From Candidatus Kapaibacterium sp. (GTDB lineage Bacteria > Bacteroidota > Ignavibacteria > Palsa-1295): DNA of 64,000 bases. Every line of letters begins with the position of its first letter. Positions within the stretch are counted from its first letter, which is position 1. The translations under genes were made by a program, and so were the position numbers. Positions 16,579-25,404 of this stretch are shown in pieces. The DNA is taken from contig JBKJTT010000068.1 in the NCBI GenBank assembly GCA_046590205.1, positions 4,819-68,818 on the forward strand. The letters are read 5' to 3'. Under the pieces are notes generated by a model that was not told where the DNA came from, searched no databases, and worked only from the letters and a program-made list of their open reading frames with translations.

Positions 16579-17256
16579 ATGTCATTACTTACCTTACATA
16601 AAGAAGAAGAACAGGCATTAAAGCAGCCGAACGGGCAGCCACAGGGACCTACAGAACAGGACCGTCTGGACTTTGCTACCTACACTGCTTTTATTAAGGG
16701 TGATGACAAAGCATTTCTTCAGCTTTATAACCGCTACGAAGCGCCCCTTTTGCTCTATTGCCGTAAAATGTGTGCCGATAGCCGTGTCGCCGAGGACTCG
16801 TTCCAGGAGACATGGATGCATATTTTCGAGCTTCGCGGCAAGACAACAAGTTTGGCTAATTTCCGCCCGTTCCTCTTTCGCACAGGTCGGAATGTCTGCC
16901 TCAATAAAATGCGGCATGAGATGGTTCGAATTCGCAGGTCGGTTGAGTTAACCGATGAAAGCGCAAGCGTTTCGTACCAATCGGAATCTGAGCAGGAAGA
17001 GCTTCGCCAGCTTATTTCACGCGCACTGAGCAAACTGCCGATCGCCGAGCGCGAGGTATTTGTACTCCATGAGTACAGTAATTTTCATTATCATGAGATC
17101 GCATCGATCTTAGGTCGAAGCGATGCAAGTATCAAAACACTTGCCTTCAGGGCAAGAACCCGTTTACGAAAAGTGGTTTCAAGCTGGCTTGGTCTTGGCG
17201 AAGAAGCAGACCCGGCGGCACATAATCAGTTGTTTGCCAAGCTATGGAAGGAATAA
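16579..17256 (+). CDS. RNA polymerase sigma-70 factor, ECF subfamily
   Basis: Region 2 (DSFQETWMHIFE) and a region 4 helix-turn-helix (LPIAEREVFVLHEYSNFHYHEIASILGRSDASIKTLAFRARTRLRK) are present. Confidence 0.8.
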   Translation: MSLLTLHKEEEQALKQPNGQPQGPTEQDRLDFATYTAFIKGDDKAFLQLYNRYEAPLLLYCRKMCADSRVAEDSFQETWMHIFELRGKTTSLANFRPFLFRTGRNVCLNKMRHEMVRIRRSVELTDESASVSYQSESEQEELRQLISRALSKLPIAEREVFVLHEYSNFHYHEIASILGRSDASIKTLAFRARTRLRKVVSSWLGLGEEADPAAHNQLFAKLWKE

Positions 17257-17262
17257 TATAAT

Positions 17263-17895
17263 ATGAATATTCGTGACGAAGAGTTAGTACAACGGTATTT
17301 TGACCATTCGATGTCATCTGGTGAGGAACAAAACTTCCTCATTGATGTCGCCGCACGCGACGATATGCGGATGGCGTTCCGTTCACAGCTTGAACTACTC
17401 AAAGCGATCAAGTTTGATAAAGATATTTTAGGCGGTACAGGACTTGTCCGCGAGCGAACCCTTGCCGCACTTGGCTTATCGGCAATGCTCACGGCAACGA
17501 CCGATGAGGCAATCGCCGCGCCGACCTTCATGCAGAACGTGAAAGGGTTTCTCGCGAAACCATACACGATGCTTATTGCAGGTGTCGTCGCTGGTGGATT
17601 AGCAACGTATGCAGTGCTCCCGACGAACACTGTTATGGTAGCTCCGGTAAAGACCGAACAACAGATAGTACAGCCGTCATCGCTGGAGATTCAGATGCCG
17701 GAAGTCAGTGCTCCTGAAATTCAGAATAACCTGTCGCCTGCCGAAACGAAGCAGACAAACGTTGTAAAGCCAACTGCTAAGCAGGCAGTGACGAATACGA
17801 AGCCCGCGGAGACTACACCTATTGTGAATACGAACGGTGTATCACCAGAAGTCAAAAACAAGGTGGTTATCCGCAAACCGAGCGAGGTAAAATGA
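17263..17895 (+). CDS. Putative anti-sigma factor (single-pass membrane protein)
   Basis: The gene lies immediately downstream of the ECF sigma gene (6-nt gap). It has an N-terminal anti-sigma-like helix region, one transmembrane helix (YTMLIAGVVAGGLATYAVL) and a Pro/Thr/Val-rich extracytoplasmic tail. Confidence 0.5.
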   Translation: MNIRDEELVQRYFDHSMSSGEEQNFLIDVAARDDMRMAFRSQLELLKAIKFDKDILGGTGLVRERTLAALGLSAMLTATTDEAIAAPTFMQNVKGFLAKPYTMLIAGVVAGGLATYAVLPTNTVMVAPVKTEQQIVQPSSLEIQMPEVSAPEIQNNLSPAETKQTNVVKPTAKQAVTNTKPAETTPIVNTNGVSPEVKNKVVIRKPSEVK

Positions 17896-18027
17896 TTCTT
17901 TCATTCACATGATCCTTCGTTAGTACGAGATGGGGTGGGCATGTTGCCCGCCCCGTTTCGGTAAAAGGCGAAGGTGGTGCAAACGTGAACTTTCTCCTGG
18001 GATAACTTATTGTTATAGTAGAGAAAT

Positions 18028-20181
18028 ATGCTGCTTCTTGACGCAGTCCTTATGAGTGTCATGTTCGGTACCAAAACACACAGCCCTTCACGAGCGACCT
18101 CCCGTTTCGGGTATGTAGTGTCCCTATTACTTATACTCGCGTCATCCTCTTACTCGCAGATCGCATTGCTTTCCAAGAACGATAAACCTGCTCGGCTCGG
18201 TATCAGCGGACTTTATGGTACGAACATCTCAAGCACTCATATCGAAGAGTTTAACGGTCAGGAATTCTGCGGTGTCTTCGAGCAAGGCGAAGCACCGGGA
18301 TTATCAGTTGGTGTCTTTGGTGAGATACCATTTGGGGCAAGCAGCTTCTCGCTCATCCCCAGTCTGTCGTACCGTAACCTATCAAGCAGCTTTACAACAA
18401 ACCCGTTCAACTTAGAGCATGCTTTTGATATTGGTGCAGGAGATACAGTCCGCATTGACCGCGAACGAGTTTACCAGACTAACATCTCGACTATAGCTTT
18501 CGGAGCATCAGCCGGATGGCGACCGATTGAACAGCTCCGTTTCGATGCAGGATTATCATTCGGATTTTTCGCATCACATAGCTATACCAAGACGGAGCAT
18601 CTCCTGACACCGGATGCAGTCTATACATCAAACAACCTCTCGACGCTTGAACTTGAGAGTGGTGAGATGCCAGTCAACTCATTCCTGCTTACACTTGAGA
18701 CAGGTATCGGCTATGACTTCCCTCTTTCGGATAAGGTAACGTTCTCGCCTCGGATCAATGCAAGTATCCCGCTAACAGCTATTTCCGAAACTGGCGGTTC
18801 AAGTTATAAAACATGGACTATCGCCGGCGGAGCGCAGCTATCAGTTGCACTTGATAAAAAAGAAGAACTCTATATCCCGCCAATACCGCCGGAGCTACCG
18901 ACTGCCCCGCCTGCAGAAAAACCGGTTGCTATTCGTGAACCTGATAAGAGTGTTCTTCGCGTCAATGTCAGGGCTGTTGGTATTACAAGCGGCGGCGAGG
19001 AAGTCCCGGAGCCAATAGTCTCAATACAAAATGTTCGCGTCACAGACCTTGCGCCGACACTCAACTACGTATTCTTTGATGACGGTAAAGAGGAAATACC
19101 TTCTCGCTATCAGAAGATAACAGCATCCGGCACACGCGGCTTTAACTACTCAATGTTCAATACCGAAAATGCACTTGAGATACATTATAGCGTCTTGAAC
19201 ATCATCGGTAAACGACTACAATCTGAACCGCAGGCAAAGATAACCTTAACAGGGACAAAGAGTCTTCACTCGGATGGTGATTCACTTAGTGAAGATAACC
19301 TTGCAATGCAACGCGCACAGAATGTTGCAAACTACTTGCAAAATGTGTGGGGTATCTCTTCATCCCGCATCCGTATCAAGAGCAAGGGATTGCCGGATCA
19401 GCCATCGGATGATAATACATTGACTGGTCAAGCAGAAAATAGACGAGTTGAAATTAGCACTTCATTCCCAAAGATACTTGACCCGCTTGAGACAAAACGT
19501 ATAGAACGCACTGCAACACCGCCGCGCATTGCATTCTATCAGGATATTGTATCAGATACTGGTATTAAGTCGCTTCAGATAACTATCAAACAAGGCGACA
19601 AGATAATCGAGCGCATTGACGGACTCACCGACGAGCGAATTAAAGAACAACTTTGGAATATACCATCTGAAAGCATTACTGCTGGTTCAAGTGATTCTGT
19701 TCTCTGGACTATGGATATTGTAGATTTTGCCGGAAATACAGCGCAGGTAACAGGTGCTATCAATGTAAAGCTCGCGGAATCTACTCTTGATGTTAATAAA
19801 CGCGACACCATCGTTGATAAAAGTTTAGAACGCTTCCAACTCATCCTCTTTGATTACAGCCGTGCATCATCGTCACTTGATAACAATGTCAGTGCCCTGC
19901 TTGATAGAGTATCGTCATCGGTATCACCCGATGCCAAAATATATCTTGTCGGCTATACTGACATTACAGGCGACCAGTCATATAACGACCGACTCTCCCT
20001 TGATAGAGCAAGCAAAGCGTCGCTCTTACTATCATCAAAGCTGAAAACACTTGGCATACGTTCGCCGCAGTTCACGCTTGAAGGACGCGGCTCACGCGAA
20101 CTTCTCTATGATAATACAAATGCCGAAGGCAGATTCCTTTCTCGTACTGTGCGCATCTCGATTGAGAAGGATATTAAGTGA
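18028..20181 (+). CDS. OmpA-family protein with two C-terminal OmpA-like peptidoglycan-binding domains
   Basis: Two OmpA-like modules are present (ITLTGTKSLHSDGDS...NLAMQRAQNVANYL...NRRVEIS and IYLVGYTDITGDQSYNDRLSLDRASKASLLL...RTVRISIE). The N-terminal region is signal-peptide-like, and the exact start is uncertain. Confidence 0.65.
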   Translation: MLLLDAVLMSVMFGTKTHSPSRATSRFGYVVSLLLILASSSYSQIALLSKNDKPARLGISGLYGTNISSTHIEEFNGQEFCGVFEQGEAPGLSVGVFGEIPFGASSFSLIPSLSYRNLSSSFTTNPFNLEHAFDIGAGDTVRIDRERVYQTNISTIAFGASAGWRPIEQLRFDAGLSFGFFASHSYTKTEHLLTPDAVYTSNNLSTLELESGEMPVNSFLLTLETGIGYDFPLSDKVTFSPRINASIPLTAISETGGSSYKTWTIAGGAQLSVALDKKEELYIPPIPPELPTAPPAEKPVAIREPDKSVLRVNVRAVGITSGGEEVPEPIVSIQNVRVTDLAPTLNYVFFDDGKEEIPSRYQKITASGTRGFNYSMFNTENALEIHYSVLNIIGKRLQSEPQAKITLTGTKSLHSDGDSLSEDNLAMQRAQNVANYLQNVWGISSSRIRIKSKGLPDQPSDDNTLTGQAENRRVEISTSFPKILDPLETKRIERTATPPRIAFYQDIVSDTGIKSLQITIKQGDKIIERIDGLTDERIKEQLWNIPSESITAGSSDSVLWTMDIVDFAGNTAQVTGAINVKLAESTLDVNKRDTIVDKSLERFQLILFDYSRASSSLDNNVSALLDRVSSSVSPDAKIYLVGYTDITGDQSYNDRLSLDRASKASLLLSSKLKTLGIRSPQFTLEGRGSRELLYDNTNAEGRFLSRTVRISIEKDIK

Positions 20182-23100
20182 GTACGATAAGAACATATCG
20201 TCTCACCCTTGTTGCGCTCTTCGCACTGTTGTTTGCAGCAACCCTGCGAAGCCAGAATTGCGAATCGAACATGCTCTTCATACAAGACTCTGGTGGATAT
20301 GCTTACGTCCCGAAGTTCTCTGCAACAAAACTTGGCACGTCATTTACGATAGAGTTTTGGGTACAGTCACTTCGGAGCCAAAGTGGTAAAGGAATTCTTG
20401 AGATAGGGAGAACCGGTGATAGCGGAACAATACGATTTGAGATCGATAGTTCATTCTTAGTCAAAGCAACAACATCTTTTACAAATGCTACTGTATCGCT
20501 GACCACACCGTCATTTACTCAATCACAGTGGAATCACGTTGTGCTCTCGCTCTCAACAAAAGATACACTTAAATTATATCTTAATGGTACTCTTGTAGCA
20601 AGCCAAAGAGTATCGACACGCACATTACGAACACTCGGGGATACGCTTTTTATTGGTACAAGCAGTTTATTGCAGACAACACTTTATGGTAATATTGATG
20701 AGCTTCGTATTTGGAACAAAGAACGTACCCTCGCGGAGATACAAATTCACAACACCTCACCGGTTTCGGATACCGCATCAGGTCTGGCTGCATACTACCG
20801 TATGGATGATAGATCAGGGCTTGGAAGACTTTGCGATTTTTCATGGAATGGAAATAATGGGATACTCGTAGGCAATGCTTCTACTACCGCGTCCACTTCA
20901 CCTATCGGAGCACCCGACCATAAGGGGTACATGCTCAAGGCACGGGAAAAGATCGTTGATATGGGGACCATTTCGTGCGGCGGCTCAAAAGCTGCAACGG
21001 TTCATATCACCAACACTGATATTGATACACTTGGAATAAAATCGATCGGGTATTCGAGCGGAAATATCTTCAGTATTACGCGGACACCGCCGTTCCCTAT
21101 CTATCCGGGCCGAACGGAAATAATATCAGTCCAAGCAGACGCAAAAAGTATCGGTACGTTCTTTGACACGCTTATCATTGCAAGCTCGACTGAATGCGGA
21201 GGCATCGTAAAGATAATTTTTAAGATCCGAGTTGACTCAGCCGGAGTGGAATTTCTCAATCCAGAAGTGCTCTTAAGTAAGATCCCAATATGTGATCTAC
21301 CCAGAAAATCATCGGTACAGCTCAAGAATACCGGCGGCTCGAAAGTAACTATTGATTCATATCAAATTCTGGATGATCAAGCAATAGAGATCATCAGTCC
21401 TGCACTACCTTTTACTATCGATAGCGGAGCGACACAAGAAGTTCTCTTTACCATCCGTGACCTTCCACCTTCAAAATTTATCACACGCCTACGTATCCAT
21501 ACAAAAGAATGTTCAAGGATAGCGGAAGTTTCTTTTGCAGGTGAACGGACAGATGTTGGTTTTATCTTGCCGGAGGAGATGGTCTATCCTGCGGCGAACA
21601 TGACTTCCAGCGGAGTAATGTACGACAGCACATTCTTTATCTACAATACAGGCACCTCGGAGATATTTATTAATGATATGAGGATCATCGGAGATCCTAT
21701 GTTCCGAATCGTAAAACCAATTTCCGGGAAAATTTATCTTGTCCCCGGTGATACCGCTGAAGTAACGATACGCCTTGATGCACGGACGTGCGGGGAGTTT
21801 TCCGCAAAGCTCGCACTAAAAGGAGTGCCCTGTGGCATAGATACCTCCATTCGGTTGAATGCTGTTGTTGATGGTCCGCTCATCGAACTCAATGATGAGT
21901 ATGACCTTGGCTCATCATGCTTCGCACATGATACGACAATAACATTCGTTAACCGTTCGGATATCACGACCATTCTTGGCAAACCGAGCTTTGATAAAAC
22001 AAATGTATTCACATACTTCGATCAAGGGCTCCTCCCGAAACAACTTGCACCCGGTGATTCGGTAACAATAGCTCTACGCTTTAATCCTCTTATCCCGGGA
22101 GTACATACAGTGCAGGCAACGCTTCCGCTTACTCCGTGCGGGGAGGTTAGTATTACACTAAAGGGACTTTTAGGAGTTGGGTTAATTGCAGTGAGTGATT
22201 CTCTCATTGATTTCGGTCTCGCCTGTGACCTTATACCACAACAAGAAAGCATCAACATCACGAACAATGCCGGAAAAAACGTAACTGTAACGACTGCCGA
22301 CATTATTGGCTCACTCGATTATACGCTTCTTTCCCCATTGCCACCGTTCACTTTGAGTGATGGTGAGACAAAAAATATCATAGTAGAATATCATCCGGCT
22401 TCTCTCGGGCTTGATTCGGCGAACCTTGTGATGAACGATAATGGCTGCTTTGTTACCTCTATCCCTATAGGCGGAATCCGAGAGATAACATCGCTTAAAC
22501 TTGTGAGCGATACTATTGTCTTTGATATGACATGCCCAACGAAGCGTTCTCTAAAGAGTTTTGGTATTGAGAATCTCGGTCTCGGAACGGTATCGATCAC
22601 GAGTGTAACATTCGGCGGTACAACGTTCGGGATAGGCAATCTTGGGAATGTGAAATTAGGTGCAAAACGAGTTACTACCCTTCCTATTTCATTTAATCCG
22701 AAAACGTTGGGCTTGCATGAAGATATGCTCACCATCGTTTTTGGTCCATGTGATGATACTCTTGTCTTGCACTTGAGGGGGATCGGCGGACCTATCGCAC
22801 GCCTCATTCAAGAAGACACACTTTTTGATTTCGGTGAGGTAAAGATCGGTAACACAAGAACACTTTGTGTAGAGTTCACAAACCCAAGCTGTTTGCCGAT
22901 CATTATAGAGAAGTCGAGCATCTTACTTGATGGTTCGTTCGAGTTAGATTTTACCGACAGTACATTGGAACACTTCCCATACAGTGTGACAAAAGATAAC
23001 CCGATAACATTTTGTTTCCGATATACACCAACGATCGAACGAGAGGACTCAAGAATTTTTAGAATACGTTTTGCCGGGGACAGCGTAACAACGATTCTAA

Positions 23101-24719
23101 AGGGAACGGGCATCACCCCACATATTACTCATACTCATCGAGTTCTTGATTTTGGTGATGTCCTTCTCGATAGTACAAGGACACTCTCTGATACAGTAGC
23201 AAATACTGGTAAACTTCCTGTAGTCTTTGTCACTACTCAACCAATCAGTTCTGTATTTACTGTTCTCACTTCTCCTGTAGGATTAGCTTCAGGAGATGAC
23301 TCTCTCTTACGTGTATCCTTCACCCCAAGAGCAGCAATGCTCTATGAGGACACAATCTTCATGCAATGGGAGCAAACCGTTGATACGATCATCCTTCGCG
23401 GAAGAGGTACAGGGCACGGCGCACTCGTGAATACTACACAAGTTGATTTTGGTGATGTGCGTGTCAATACATCTCAAGACGCAAAGATCGCTATTACAGC
23501 CGGAGATGGATTCCCCGTAATCCTCTCGAACGTTGCTATTACGGGTAGTTCGTTCGGTTTCAGCCCCCCAAGTACTAATACGCTATCCTCATCACTTGAT
23601 ACTGCATTTGTAATTATCACATATAGTCCTACTCTTGAAGTGAGTGAATTGGTCCAGCTCACCTTCGACGACAATGCAGGCAACAAAAAGTCTGTAAATC
23701 TCAAAGGACGAGGCGTTGAGGCACATCTGCGAATTGATACACAGTTCGTTGATTTCGGTGTAGTAAAAATTGGTACTGAAAAAACAGCATTGATACCAGT
23801 ACTGAATACCGGTGACTACCCACTTTCTATATCAGAAGCAAGACCCGATATTCGTTCTGTTTTTGACTTGATAAAATTACCAGGTGACATCCCTGCACGT
23901 TCAAGCGAATACTTTGAGTATGTATTCAAGCCGGTAACTGACATTGAGTATTTTGATGCCGTAACCATCACTGCAGACGCTCCAGAAAAAGAACGTACTA
24001 TTATCATTCGCGGTGAAGGCACATTCGGAGATATTATCTATTCGGTTGGAAATGTTACTCTTAACGTAGGTGATATAGTTGAACTGCCTGTTTCAATTGG
24101 TGGTACTGACTTTGCTTCTGTTGCTATTGATAGCTTCACGTGTGTAGTTCATTATGATCCGACCGTCATGTTCGTCCATGATGTCATAACAGAGAATACA
24201 CTTTCAAGTGGGATGATGATGATCGTTGATCGTCTGCCCAAAGACAGCATTATCCGTATTCACGGATTTGCAAAACGATTACCAAGTACACCCGGTGTCC
24301 TCTTTAACTTGAAGGTAGAAGCATTACTCGGACCTATCGATACCACAAGTGTCATGCTTGCCTCATCATCACCGAAACATCAATCACCGCAGGCAGCGCA
24401 AGGGCTATTTACCGTTGCTGATTGCGGAAAATACCGAACAAATATTCACTACAAGGGACCTTACTCGCTTTCTGCTCCGAAGCCGAATCCGGTGACTTCG
24501 ACGCTGTCGCTCTCGTATGAACTCGGTCTTGACGGATTTGTCTCAATGGATATTATCGATGAACTCGGAGTGGTCGTAAAACGAATTCTTTCCGACTCAC
24601 AAAAAAGAGGAAAGCACAACGTTGTTGTAAATGTCGCCGACCTGCCCAGTGGTATGTTCACCTATATCCTACAAAGTTTGGAATACCGCGAAGCAAAGAG
24701 CTTTATTATCTCAAAATAA
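20178..24719 (+). CDS. Giant (1513 aa) secreted adhesin-like protein with, in order, a LamG/ConA-like lectin domain, multiple Ig-like (ASH/choice-of-anchor-like) repeats, a cohesin-like domain and a T9SS C-terminal sorting domain
   Basis: A GTG start overlaps the upstream stop codon (operon coupling). The signal peptide is followed by the LamG signature (FTIEFWV...LYLNGTLVAS...DELRIWNKERTLAEIQ). A repeated DFG.V.IG...T..V.N.G domain occurs many times. The tail matches a cohesin-like segment followed by the sorting domain (...LSAPKPNPVTSTLSLSYELGL...GMFTYILQ...). Confidence 0.75.
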   Translation: MSTIRTYRLTLVALFALLFAATLRSQNCESNMLFIQDSGGYAYVPKFSATKLGTSFTIEFWVQSLRSQSGKGILEIGRTGDSGTIRFEIDSSFLVKATTSFTNATVSLTTPSFTQSQWNHVVLSLSTKDTLKLYLNGTLVASQRVSTRTLRTLGDTLFIGTSSLLQTTLYGNIDELRIWNKERTLAEIQIHNTSPVSDTASGLAAYYRMDDRSGLGRLCDFSWNGNNGILVGNASTTASTSPIGAPDHKGYMLKAREKIVDMGTISCGGSKAATVHITNTDIDTLGIKSIGYSSGNIFSITRTPPFPIYPGRTEIISVQADAKSIGTFFDTLIIASSTECGGIVKIIFKIRVDSAGVEFLNPEVLLSKIPICDLPRKSSVQLKNTGGSKVTIDSYQILDDQAIEIISPALPFTIDSGATQEVLFTIRDLPPSKFITRLRIHTKECSRIAEVSFAGERTDVGFILPEEMVYPAANMTSSGVMYDSTFFIYNTGTSEIFINDMRIIGDPMFRIVKPISGKIYLVPGDTAEVTIRLDARTCGEFSAKLALKGVPCGIDTSIRLNAVVDGPLIELNDEYDLGSSCFAHDTTITFVNRSDITTILGKPSFDKTNVFTYFDQGLLPKQLAPGDSVTIALRFNPLIPGVHTVQATLPLTPCGEVSITLKGLLGVGLIAVSDSLIDFGLACDLIPQQESINITNNAGKNVTVTTADIIGSLDYTLLSPLPPFTLSDGETKNIIVEYHPASLGLDSANLVMNDNGCFVTSIPIGGIREITSLKLVSDTIVFDMTCPTKRSLKSFGIENLGLGTVSITSVTFGGTTFGIGNLGNVKLGAKRVTTLPISFNPKTLGLHEDMLTIVFGPCDDTLVLHLRGIGGPIARLIQEDTLFDFGEVKIGNTRTLCVEFTNPSCLPIIIEKSSILLDGSFELDFTDSTLEHFPYSVTKDNPITFCFRYTPTIEREDSRIFRIRFAGDSVTTILKGTGITPHITHTHRVLDFGDVLLDSTRTLSDTVANTGKLPVVFVTTQPISSVFTVLTSPVGLASGDDSLLRVSFTPRAAMLYEDTIFMQWEQTVDTIILRGRGTGHGALVNTTQVDFGDVRVNTSQDAKIAITAGDGFPVILSNVAITGSSFGFSPPSTNTLSSSLDTAFVIITYSPTLEVSELVQLTFDDNAGNKKSVNLKGRGVEAHLRIDTQFVDFGVVKIGTEKTALIPVLNTGDYPLSISEARPDIRSVFDLIKLPGDIPARSSEYFEYVFKPVTDIEYFDAVTITADAPEKERTIIIRGEGTFGDIIYSVGNVTLNVGDIVELPVSIGGTDFASVAIDSFTCVVHYDPTVMFVHDVITENTLSSGMMMIVDRLPKDSIIRIHGFAKRLPSTPGVLFNLKVEALLGPIDTTSVMLASSSPKHQSPQAAQGLFTVADCGKYRTNIHYKGPYSLSAPKPNPVTSTLSLSYELGLDGFVSMDIIDELGVVVKRILSDSQKRGKHNVVVNVADLPSGMFTYILQSLEYREAKSFIISK

Positions 24720-24762
24720 GATGTTGTAAAACCTCTCGTAGTTTGCCGTATTTTTGCACAAT

Positions 24763-25320
24763 ATGATACTAACCGATAAAGAAATCTTAAACGAAATCGA
24801 GGCAGGGACGATACTCATCGAGCCATATCGCCGCGAAGACCTCGGCTCTAATAGTTATGATGTTCACCTGGGTGCACCGCTTGCAACCTATCGCTCTGCA
24901 ACTCTCGATGCAAGAGCCCATAACGAGATCGAGCATTTTATGATACCCCCTGAAGGGTACGTACTTCACCCGGATACGCTCTATCTTGGCGTGACCGAAG
25001 AATATACCGAGACACATAAGCACGTCCCTTTCCTTGAGGGCAAATCATCTGTCGGCAGACTCGGGATTGATATTCATGCAACCGCAGGCAAAGGTGATGT
25101 TGGCTTCTGTAATTATTGGACGCTTGAAATATCAGTGAAGCAGCCAGTCCGTATCTATGCCGGAATGCCTATTGGACAGCTTATTTACTTTGTTGTACAA
25201 GGTGAATGCCTTGTACCCTATAATACCAAAGGAAATGCGAAATATAACGCCCGCACTACCCGTCCAGTCGAATCAATGATGTTTAAGAACTTCGACGAAA
25301 AAGAGGGCAAATGGAAATAA
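24763..25320 (+). CDS. dcd: dCTP deaminase
   Basis: MILTDKEILNEIEAGTILIEPYRREDLGSNSYDVHLG is a typical Dcd N-terminus. The start is set at the ATG at 24763 (the track ORF opens with TTG at 24754). Confidence 0.8.
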   Translation: MILTDKEILNEIEAGTILIEPYRREDLGSNSYDVHLGAPLATYRSATLDARAHNEIEHFMIPPEGYVLHPDTLYLGVTEEYTETHKHVPFLEGKSSVGRLGIDIHATAGKGDVGFCNYWTLEISVKQPVRIYAGMPIGQLIYFVVQGECLVPYNTKGNAKYNARTTRPVESMMFKNFDEKEGKWK

Positions 25321-25404
25321 TCTACAACTGAAACTCAATAGCCTAAATAATCCTTTTATATGATTGCCGCTAGTTACGGTCATTCATGTAAAAGTAGTTA
25401 GATT

